Below, in pieces: positions 56,361 to 64,000 of a stretch of DNA of 64,000 bases. The translations under genes and the position numbers were made by a program. Each line of letters begins with the position of its first letter. The first letter of the stretch is position 1. The stretch covers positions 64,001-128,000 of the forward strand of contig CAXXFL010000005.1 of NCBI GenBank assembly GCA_963674965.2, read 5' to 3'. Source of the DNA: a bacterium. GTDB taxonomy: Bacteria > RBG-13-61-14 > DATKZS01. Below the pieces are notes generated by a model that was not told the origin of the DNA, searched no databases, and saw only the letters and a list, made by a program, of their open reading frames with translations.

Positions 56361-57601
56361 CGTGAGGACCTTCTTCCCGAGACCTTCTGATATTCCATAA
56401 GCGCCGCGGGAAAGGGCCCCAGGGCCCTCTCGATTATCCCGAGGGAGTAGGCGATGGTAATCCCGTAATTGGTTATAGGCACTTTAACCTTGCGGCAGTC
56501 CAGAATGCGCTTGAGTACTTCCCTCCTGTTTTGGGTGCAGGCGCCGCAGTGGACCACGAGCTTGTATTCCTTAAGGTCCTCGGGGAAATCGTGTCCCTGA
56601 ACGTGGTTGAAAACGAGTTCCCCCCCCACGTACTGGGTAAGCCAGCGGGGTATCTTGACCCTGCCTATGTCGTCGGCAATGGGATGATGCGAGCAGGCCT
56701 CGGCGACAAGTACCTTGTCGCCCGGCTTCAGATCCTCGATTGCGCAGGCTCCCCTCGTCATCTCCACCAAGTCCCCCTTGAAGCGCGCGAAGAGGATGGA
56801 AAAGGAGGTCAACTGGACGCTCGGCGGGACGTCGGCCACCACCTTGAGAAAGGCCTGCGAGTCCGTCACCACCAGGCGGGGAGGGATTTTCAGGTTCATG
56901 ATCGCTTGCCTGAGCTCGCGTTCCTTTACCACCACGCACCAGGCGTCGCCGTCGAGGATTTCCCTGATGGTCTGGACCTGGGGCAGGATGAGCCTTCCTT
57001 TCGGGGCCTCCTTGTCGATGGGCACGACCAGCACCGCCATCTCCCCGGGCCTTACCAGGTCGATGACTATGGGAGGAGAGTTGACGAAGTCCTCGGGGGC
57101 CGAGTCGAGAATGGCTCGCCTAAGGTCCAAGGTCCCCACCCGCTTGTCCGCCCGCGTAAAAACGACCTTGAAACCCCGCTCGCGCAGCCCTTCCACCAGC
57201 GCGTCGGAAGGTCGGCCCAGGTCCGTTTTATTGAAGACCACGATGACGGGGACTTTTTGGGAGGTCATTTCCTCGATGATCTTTTCCTCGAAATCTCCCC
57301 AGGCCGGACCGTCGGTGACCACCAGCGCCAAGTCGATCCTGTTAAGGGTCTGCCGGGTTTTCCTGATCCGCAGCTCTCCCAAGGCCCCCTCGTCGTCTAT
57401 CCCGGCCGTGTCGATAAACAGGACCGGACCCAGCGGAAGCAGTTCCATGGGCTTTTCCACGGGGTCGGTGGTGGTCCCTGCCTGCTCGGATACGATGGAC
57501 GCGTCCTGCCTGGTCATGGCGTTCAGCAGGCTCGATTTGCCCACGTTGCGGCGTCCCAAAATGCCGATGTGCAGTCTCATTCCCTTGGGCGTGGTTTCCA
57601 T
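56330..57601 (-). CDS. hydF: [FeFe]-hydrogenase H-cluster maturation GTPase
   Basis: GRRNVGKS, GTTTDPV, DTAG, NKTD, APKGRLILPQ, EACSHH, DIGRVKIP, HCGAC. Confidence 0.96.
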   Translation of the reverse strand: METTPKGMRLHIGILGRRNVGKSSLLNAMTRQDASIVSEQAGTTTDPVEKPMELLPLGPVLFIDTAGIDDEGALGELRIRKTRQTLNRIDLALVVTDGPAWGDFEEKIIEEMTSQKVPVIVVFNKTDLGRPSDALVEGLRERGFKVVFTRADKRVGTLDLRRAILDSAPEDFVNSPPIVIDLVRPGEMAVLVVPIDKEAPKGRLILPQVQTIREILDGDAWCVVVKERELRQAIMNLKIPPRLVVTDSQAFLKVVADVPPSVQLTSFSILFARFKGDLVEMTRGACAIEDLKPGDKVLVAEACSHHPIADDIGRVKIPRWLTQYVGGELVFNHVQGHDFPEDLKEYKLVVHCGACTQNRREVLKRILDCRKVKVPITNYGITIAYSLGIIERALGPFPAALMEYQKVSGRRSSREREGSSHNG

Positions 57602-59035
57602 TTACTTCCCGATGGGTCCCGGCAGCCCCAGCCTGCAGACGGCCTCCGGGCTGGTTAGTTGCTCGAATTGCTCGAGGGTCAAGAATCCTCCCTCGATGGC
57701 GGCTTGTTTGACGTTGCCTCCCCTCTCCCGCGCTAGTTGGGCCAGACGCCTCGCGCCCGAGTATCCTAAAAGAGGAAGAAGGGCCGTCACGGTCGCGGTC
57801 GAGTTCTCGACGTTCCTTCCGCATCTCTCGCGGTTAGCCTCGATGCCCTCCACGCAAGCGCTCCGTAAAATCTCGCATGAATTGGCGAGCATATTAATGG
57901 ACGCGAGCAGGCATTCCGCCACGAGCGGTAAAAAGGGGTTAAGCTCGAGGCTTCCCGACGAGGCGGCCAGGGCGATGGTCTGGTCGTGGCCCATCACCAT
58001 CATCGAGACCTGGGACACGGCCTCGGGAATGACCGGGTTGACCTTGCCGGGCATGATCGAGGACCCGGCCTGGCGGGGCGGGAGCGCGATCTCCCCCAAG
58101 CCCGCCTCCGGACCTGAACTCATAAGACGAAGATCGGAGGAAATTTTCAGCAGAGTCACGGCCAGGGCCTTGAGAATGCCCGAGACCTCGACGAAGACGT
58201 CCGCGTTTTGGGTGGCCTCGACCAGGTTCTCCGCCCTGGCGAAACCCACGCCGGTGAGTTCGCGCAAGGCGTCCACCACACGGAAAATAAACTGACGGGG
58301 CGCGCCCAATCCCGTGCCGATGGCGGTCCCTCCCAAATTTACCACCCTTAGGCGCTCCTCACACTTGTACAGCCGCCACCGGTCACGGCTTAAGGCCTCG
58401 GCGTAAGCGCTCATCTCCCGGCCCAACGTCGTCAATACCGCGTCCTGATACTCGGTCCGCCCGATTTTCACCACGTCGGCGAACTCCTTTTCCTTAATCT
58501 GGAACGCCTCGATAAGTCCCACCAGCTTCTCCTCCAACTCGCGCTGAAGAAGGATGGCGGCCAGCTTCATGGCGGTCGGAAAAGTGTCGTTGGTGGATTG
58601 GTGAAGGTTAACGTGATCGAGAGGTGAAATGACGTCGTAACGGCCGGGCGCGAGTCCCATCAATTGAAGCGCCCTGTTGGCGATGACCTCGTTGACGTTC
58701 ATGTTCGTGGAGGTCCCGGCGCCGCCCTGCAGGCAATCCACAATCACGTGACCGGACAATAGGCCCGCTTCCATCTCCCGGCAGGAGCTCTCGACGGCGT
58801 CGGCCCGGGACCCCTCAAGGTATCCTAGGGAGCGGTTGGTAACGGCGCAGGCCAACTTCACGGCGCCATAGGCCCGTATCAGACGCTCATGGACGGCCTT
58901 GCCCGTAAGCGGAAAATTCTCCCCGGCGCGCGCGGCGTGTACGCCGTGGAGCGCCTCCCTCGGCATGGAAACGGCGCCAAGGTCGTCGCTTTCCTCGCGG
59001 CGGCCGGCGCTCGGGACTTTGGCTTTTCCTTCCAT
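57602..59035 (-). CDS. aspA: Aspartate ammonia-lyase
   Basis: QGGAGTSTNMNVNE, QSTND, GSSIMPGKVNP; adjacent to hydF; start ATG 59035 after AAGGAG. Confidence 0.9.
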   Translation of the reverse strand: MEGKAKVPSAGRREESDDLGAVSMPREALHGVHAARAGENFPLTGKAVHERLIRAYGAVKLACAVTNRSLGYLEGSRADAVESSCREMEAGLLSGHVIVDCLQGGAGTSTNMNVNEVIANRALQLMGLAPGRYDVISPLDHVNLHQSTNDTFPTAMKLAAILLQRELEEKLVGLIEAFQIKEKEFADVVKIGRTEYQDAVLTTLGREMSAYAEALSRDRWRLYKCEERLRVVNLGGTAIGTGLGAPRQFIFRVVDALRELTGVGFARAENLVEATQNADVFVEVSGILKALAVTLLKISSDLRLMSSGPEAGLGEIALPPRQAGSSIMPGKVNPVIPEAVSQVSMMVMGHDQTIALAASSGSLELNPFLPLVAECLLASINMLANSCEILRSACVEGIEANRERCGRNVENSTATVTALLPLLGYSGARRLAQLARERGGNVKQAAIEGGFLTLEQFEQLTSPEAVCRLGLPGPIGK

Positions 59036-59348
59036 TTCAGTCACATCTCCTTGCGGTGAGAAACCGTCAACGGCGCGTGAATTCATCAAACGTACCGATC
59101 GGTAACGTTCATGACCGCGCGTGATTCCCTACTTGAGACGCCCATGTCGTTGCCTCTATTTTATGCCTATAGCGGGCCGTTACAAGCTTTGGCGACGGAC
59201 TCGCTAAAAATTCCCGGTAAAATTGAGGAAGATATCGAGGCTTTCGTTGAATCGCGAACCGCCATCGGGTATATTGCCTTGAAACCAGATCGACGAAACC
59301 CGCCGAGGCTTCCTGCCTCGCGAGAAACTTAAGGCAAGGAGGCCCCAG

Positions 59349-60041
59349 ATGAACGACGTGAAAGACCCGGCGTGCGCGAGTTGCGCCGTACCGCTGATGG
59401 AGAAGATATGCTTTCGCGAGTCGGGAAGGGGACCGGACAACTGCCCCACCCGCAACCTGGCCGACCTGGCCGCCAGGGCCCGGGAGGAATACGCCGACCC
59501 CAAGATCAAGGAGTTCGCCCGTCTGGCCTCGGTGCAAGAGGGCGAATGCTACCTCGAGAGGGAACACGCCTTCTACATCCCACATTGCGGCAAGCCCCGC
59601 ATCCAGGAGACCATCGAGTTCGCTCACAAGATCGGCGCGAGCAGGGTGGGTCTGGCCTTCTGCATCGGCCTTTCCCTGGAGGCCAGGGCCGCGGCCGACC
59701 TTTTCCAGAAACAGGGCCTCGAGGTCGTTAGCGTCTGCTGCAAGGTCGGTCGGGTCTTGAAGGAGGAAGAACTGGGGATCGAGGACCATGAAAAGATACA
59801 GATCGGCACTCCCGAGCCGGCCTGCAACCCCATCCTTCAGGCCATGACCCTGAACCGGGCGGGGACGGGTCTTAACGTCCTTCTCGGCCTGTGCGTGGGT
59901 CACGACTCGCTTTTCCTCAAGTACGCCGAGGCCTACTCGACGGTGCTGGCGGTCAAGGACCGGGTGACGGGCCACAACCCCCTGGCCCCGCTTTACACCT
60001 CGAAGTCCTATTACATGTTCCTCAACCGCAAGGGCTTTTAG
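59349..60041 (+). CDS. DUF1847 family metal-binding protein
   Basis: CASC, GLAFCIGL, SVCCKVG, CNPILQA, GLCVGHDS, KDRVTGHNP. Confidence 0.88.
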   Translation: MNDVKDPACASCAVPLMEKICFRESGRGPDNCPTRNLADLAARAREEYADPKIKEFARLASVQEGECYLEREHAFYIPHCGKPRIQETIEFAHKIGASRVGLAFCIGLSLEARAAADLFQKQGLEVVSVCCKVGRVLKEEELGIEDHEKIQIGTPEPACNPILQAMTLNRAGTGLNVLLGLCVGHDSLFLKYAEAYSTVLAVKDRVTGHNPLAPLYTSKSYYMFLNRKGF

Positions 60042-60458
60042 GCCGGGAGGTTTTCCGCGGAGGCCCCATGGGCGTCGAGGCGCACTTCCTCATGGTCGGC
60101 CGAAGGTTGGCCACGCGTGACCCGGATCGATTTCTCTCGCGTGATCTCACTCATAGCGTTGGAGGAATTCGTCATGTCCGACTTGGCCGATCGTCTGGAA
60201 AGAATGGACCATCGGTTCCATCAGCTTGCCGGGAAAGTGAAGGCAATCCATTTGGACCTCGATCCTGCCCTGAAGTACTTCCGACTCCCGCCGAGGAATG
60301 GGCGCCGCTTGTAAAGCCGATTTGCCAGAAGCCCTGAGAACGAGCGAAGGGCTAAGGAAATGATCGAAGCGAGGTCCACTGAATTGATGGCCCTTCAGTT
60401 TTGCCGGAAAAAATCTTGCCTTAGAGCCGTCCCGCGGATTTTGGAAAAGAGCTATAAT

Positions 60459-61604
60459 TTACTTTCTTGGAGTAGATATTACCCCTTGTGCTATTCTTTC
60501 AAGGTCAGACTCAACAAGATTTGTGCCACTTGGCAGGCAGAGTCCGTTTTCAAATAAATACTCTCCACTCGAGCCTCCCCGGAATCGATACTTTGAAAAA
60601 ACCGGCTGAAGATGCATGGGTTTCCATACCGGTCGGGATTCGACGTCCTCACGGTCCAGATTCTTTCTGACGTCCTCCCTGTTGGCCCCGAATTTGTCCG
60701 GATCGACGATAATGCAGGTAAGCCATCTCGTGCAAACGCCATAATCGGCCTCCGGCATGAAAGAGATACCCGGTTCGCCCGCAAAGGCGTTCCGATAATA
60801 TTCGAAAACGTTGCGCTTTTGTTCCACTCTTAAGTCAAGCACTTTAAGTTGAGCGCGGCCGATGCCGGCGAGCACGTTGCTGAGCCGGTAGTTGAATCCG
60901 ACGACGGAGTGCTCGTAATGAGGGGCGGGGTCCCTGGCCTGGGTGGCCAGGAACTTGGCGCGATCGATCTTCTCCGGATCTTTTCCGACCAGCATGCCTC
61001 CTCCCGAGGTCGTAATAATTTTATTTCCGTTGAAGGAAAAAATCCCGAATTCACCGAAGACGCCCGGGCTTTGGCCCTTGTACCTGGCGCCCAGGCACTC
61101 CGCCGCGTCCTCGATGAGAGGAATTTCATAGTGATCGCACAACTCGAGAATCGGGTCGATATCGGCGCTTTGTCCATAAAGATGGGCCAGGATCACGGCC
61201 TTCGGCAACTCGCTTTTTAAGGCGCGCGACTTGAGTTCCTCCTCCAATAGATTTGGATCCATGTTCCACGTGCCAAAGTTACAGTCGATAAAAACGGGCG
61301 TGGCCCTCTGGTACATTATGGCGTTGGCCGAGGCGGCAAAGGTAAGGTCCGAGCATATAACCTCGTCTTGAGGGCCCACGCCGGCCATAATCAAGGACAG
61401 GTGAAGGGCCGCGGTCCCGCTGGAAAGCGCCGCCGCGCTTTTAGTTCCGATCTTTTTCGCGAACTCCTTCTCGAAGGCGTCCACGTGCGGCCCTAAAGGC
61501 GCGATCCAGTTATCACGAAACGCCTCAGCCACGTATGCCTCCTCCATGCCGGACATGTGGGGAGAAACAAGATATATGTGTTCTTTAGTCAATATTCCAC
61601 CCAT
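60459..61604 (-). CDS. DegT/DnrJ/EryC1/StrS aminotransferase (PglE/EpsN-like)
   Basis: SSGTAALHL, IEDAAE, SFNGNKIITTSGGG, RPVWKPMH, LCLPSG; start at 61604 or TTG 61592. Confidence 0.93.
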   Translation of the reverse strand: MGGILTKEHIYLVSPHMSGMEEAYVAEAFRDNWIAPLGPHVDAFEKEFAKKIGTKSAAALSSGTAALHLSLIMAGVGPQDEVICSDLTFAASANAIMYQRATPVFIDCNFGTWNMDPNLLEEELKSRALKSELPKAVILAHLYGQSADIDPILELCDHYEIPLIEDAAECLGARYKGQSPGVFGEFGIFSFNGNKIITTSGGGMLVGKDPEKIDRAKFLATQARDPAPHYEHSVVGFNYRLSNVLAGIGRAQLKVLDLRVEQKRNVFEYYRNAFAGEPGISFMPEADYGVCTRWLTCIIVDPDKFGANREDVRKNLDREDVESRPVWKPMHLQPVFSKYRFRGGSSGEYLFENGLCLPSGTNLVESDLERIAQGVISTPRK

Positions 61605-61618
61605 AAGGCGATAGCCGG

Positions 61619-62263
61619 TCAGCCATGTTCCTTTATTACCCTGGCGGGAACTCCAACCGCCGTCACGCCCGGCGGGATATCTCCGACCACGGCCGCCCCA
61701 GCCCCAATTACGGACCCGGCCCCGATCGTGATCCCCTGGATCAGGTTGGCCCCGGTGCCGATATCGACTCCTTCTCCGATGGAGCAGTTTCCCGAGATAT
61801 GCACGCCCGGGGCAATAGTGGCGTAATCTCCGATTACCACGTCGTGGCCCACCGTGCAATCGAGGTTGACGATCACGTGGTTTCCCACCCGAATCTGGGT
61901 GGTAAGGATATTGCCGGCGCAGATTATGACGCCGCTTCCTATCTCTAGATAATCGGACGCCTTAACGTCGGGAGCTATCACCGACGTGAACCTTATCCCA
62001 ATCTCCAGGGCCTTGGATACGACCTTTTTCTTCGACCTCGGGTTTCCGATGGCGCATAAGGCCGAGACTTCGTCCTTTTTCGAGGCCAGAGCCGAAAGGT
62101 TTCCCTTAACTTCCAGGTCGCAGATCGACTTGCCATGCAGTTTTGGATTATCGTCGATAAATCCCCATGGCTCGATCTCGGCGCCGGATTTTTTCATCTC
62201 ACGTATAAGCCACAGGGCCTCCCTGGCGAAGCCCCCCGCTCCGACAATCGCCACCTTGTTCAT
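61619..62263 (-). CDS. PglD/NeuD-type sugar acetyltransferase (hexapeptide repeats)
   Basis: GAGGFARE, AIGNP, VGHD, hexapeptide repeats, VGVPAR. Confidence 0.92.
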   Translation of the reverse strand: MNKVAIVGAGGFAREALWLIREMKKSGAEIEPWGFIDDNPKLHGKSICDLEVKGNLSALASKKDEVSALCAIGNPRSKKKVVSKALEIGIRFTSVIAPDVKASDYLEIGSGVIICAGNILTTQIRVGNHVIVNLDCTVGHDVVIGDYATIAPGVHISGNCSIGEGVDIGTGANLIQGITIGAGSVIGAGAAVVGDIPPGVTAVGVPARVIKEHG

Positions 62264-62904
62264 CTTGGGACTCCATTTTCCGTCTTGGTCCCCATGAACT
62301 CACTCATCGTCGCCTGGTCCTCGCCGCTGATCCCTTCCCGCTTAACGACCTTCCAGATGGTTTTAAAAAGTATCTTGACGTCGAGCCAAAGAGACCAATT
62401 ATCCACGTACCAAACGTCAAGCTCGAACTTTTCCTCCCAGGTTATGGCGTTTCTCCCATTGATTTGAGCCCATCCGGTTATGCCCGGTTTCGCCTCGTGC
62501 CTTCTCCTTTGCTCGGGAGTATAACGGTCGAGGTATCGGACCAACAAGGGCCTGGGCCCCACAAGGCTCAACTCGCCCTTGAGCACGTTCCACAGTTGGG
62601 GTATCTCATCAAGACTGAAAGAGCGGATGAAACCTCCGAGCCTGGTCAGTCGCTCCTCGTCGGGAAGGAGGCCCCCCTTCGCGTCCGTATCTTCCGTCAT
62701 AGTCCTGAACTTAACCAAATCGAATGATTTTTCATTATAACCCGGACGGGTTTGGCGAAAAAAAACCGGGGAGCCCATAGTGAACCTAATAAGTAGGGCG
62801 ATCACGCCGATAACCGGCGACGCCAGCGTGAGGCCGAGTCCGGCGACCAAGAAGTCCATGATCCTCTTGAGGGCTAGTTGGCGCTCTTTTTCCCGATAAC
62901 TCAT
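62260..62904 (-). CDS. PglC-type undecaprenyl-phosphate sugar-phosphate transferase
   Basis: KRIMD, KFRTM, SLDEIPQLWNVLKG, VGPRP, KPGITGWAQINGRN. Confidence 0.95.
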   Translation of the reverse strand: MSYREKERQLALKRIMDFLVAGLGLTLASPVIGVIALLIRFTMGSPVFFRQTRPGYNEKSFDLVKFRTMTEDTDAKGGLLPDEERLTRLGGFIRSFSLDEIPQLWNVLKGELSLVGPRPLLVRYLDRYTPEQRRRHEAKPGITGWAQINGRNAITWEEKFELDVWYVDNWSLWLDVKILFKTIWKVVKREGISGEDQATMSEFMGTKTENGVPR

Positions 62905-63785
62905 TTCGAAACGTCTATTTCCGGAAGGTCTTCAAGGTCGTTTCCCGCCAGATAGTCTCCCATTGACTGAAATTCAAAGTCCCCGACAAGGGCCGAAAGC
63001 TTATCGAGCGTTTTTGCCCTGCCATGGTATTGTGACGCGTTGAATACCGCGGTTTTTAGCCGCGCCTTTAGGGAGAGGCCGTCCGTTTCATATTTGAGAG
63101 GCTCCACGTCGCACTCATAGGGATGAAGGTAGACGGTCGCGGGTATTCCATCGTCGTTCATGGAATGAATGGCCCTTCGGCTTATCGAGTAAGGAAAATG
63201 CCTGAGATAGCCGCCTCCCGCTACCGGCCAGTTCTTGCCCGCGAACCGCGCGGTGGCAAGCGGAAACTCTATAAGGTCACCGGAGGACGTCTTTATCCTG
63301 TAGGGTTTCCGCGGGCTGCCGGGGGACCCGTATCTCCTGCCTTTAAAGGGAAATATGGAGGAATCGAAATCATGGCCCGTTTCGATAATACACTCGATTA
63401 CCTCGGGCCTTTCCAGGAACACGTTAAAGGCTGGAGCGCGAAAACCCCGGACCGCCGTCCCGGCCGCGTCCTCGATGATGGTCTTGGCGTCCGTGAGGTC
63501 CCGTTTTATCGCGCTCAACGGCTGGTCCCTGAACATGAGATGGTTCATGCCGTGCGACGCGACTTCGAACCCTCGGTTTTGTATTTCCTTCACAAGCAAG
63601 GGATGGGCTTTTACCACCGTGCCAAGGCAGAAACAAGTGGCACTTGCTCCGGCCTCGGAAATAACGTCCAGCATGGCCCTGGCGCGGTCGAGGACCCTTC
63701 CCGAAACGGGCGCGTTCTTGCCCAGCCTATCCCTCAGAAAGAGCGAACAATAATCCTCGACGTCAATGGTGAGCAAGTTGATCAA
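62901..63785 (-). CDS. Polysaccharide deacetylase (DUF3473, PEP-CTERM-locus-like subfamily)
   Basis: TIDVED, ASHGMNH, GFRAP, DSS, PVAGGGYLR, YLHPYE. Confidence 0.88.
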   Translation of the reverse strand: MINLLTIDVEDYCSLFLRDRLGKNAPVSGRVLDRARAMLDVISEAGASATCFCLGTVVKAHPLLVKEIQNRGFEVASHGMNHLMFRDQPLSAIKRDLTDAKTIIEDAAGTAVRGFRAPAFNVFLERPEVIECIIETGHDFDSSIFPFKGRRYGSPGSPRKPYRIKTSSGDLIEFPLATARFAGKNWPVAGGGYLRHFPYSISRRAIHSMNDDGIPATVYLHPYECDVEPLKYETDGLSLKARLKTAVFNASQYHGRAKTLDKLSALVGDFEFQSMGDYLAGNDLEDLPEIDVSK

Positions 63786-64000
63786 CTGACAAATCCCGTC
63801 AGGAGAAAACCTGGCTCAGTGACGCGTATCTCGTATTTGTTTATTCCCTCCATCCGGGCCATGGATTCCACCTCTCTCTTGTCGTGAAAGCACACGGGAA
63901 GGCCTTTCATTTTGTACCGGAACTTTGTAACCGGGGCCCTTGGAAAATTATAGCCGGGAAAAGACGCCGTCACCACGCCGCGGGACGCGTCAATCATTTT
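63782..64000 (-). CDS. C-terminal part of a gene starting outside the window, possibly a SAM methyltransferase
   Basis: Frame is open to the window edge and its stop overlaps the deacetylase start; the product guess rests only on weak resemblance. Confidence 0.45.
   Translation of the reverse strand, partial: KMIDASRGVVTASFPGYNFPRAPVTKFRYKMKGLPVCFHDKREVESMARMEGINKYEIRVTEPGFLLTGFVS

Noticed and set aside
59111-59332. 73-aa ORF between aspA and DUF1847
   Set aside because: No RBS or motif, and it lies in a divergent promoter region.

Overview
GC-rich (roughly 60%) chromosomal window from a diderm bacterium. The gene content suggests an anaerobic deltaproteobacterium-like lineage (Desulfobacterota/Myxococcota-like); this is an inference. 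Housekeeping blocks are xseB-ispA-dxs-tlyA, pyk, sppA-mutS2, mreBCD-mrdA and trpE. They are interleaved with envelope and accessory genes: GT2/GT4, an MBOAT plus SGNH-like O-acylation pair, a ~2,560-aa mosaic adhesin (4 x 7 LVIVD repeats and a C-type lectin inserted into a Cys/Asp-rich Ca-binding repeat stalk), an FG-GAP lipoprotein, a FadL/PorV-like barrel next to a 1,534-aa doubly anchored lipoprotein, GH127, a Tat sulfatase, aspA-hydF without hydE/hydG, and a pglC/D/E-type glycan locus. I found no rRNA, tRNA, CRISPR array, transposase or integrase. The best candidates for undescribed biology are the barrel plus giant lipoprotein pair (35.2-41.3 kb), the plug-in architecture of the giant adhesin (13-20.7 kb), and strong over-representation of CTCGAG in core genes. 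All calls come from motif reading by eye; no searches were run.
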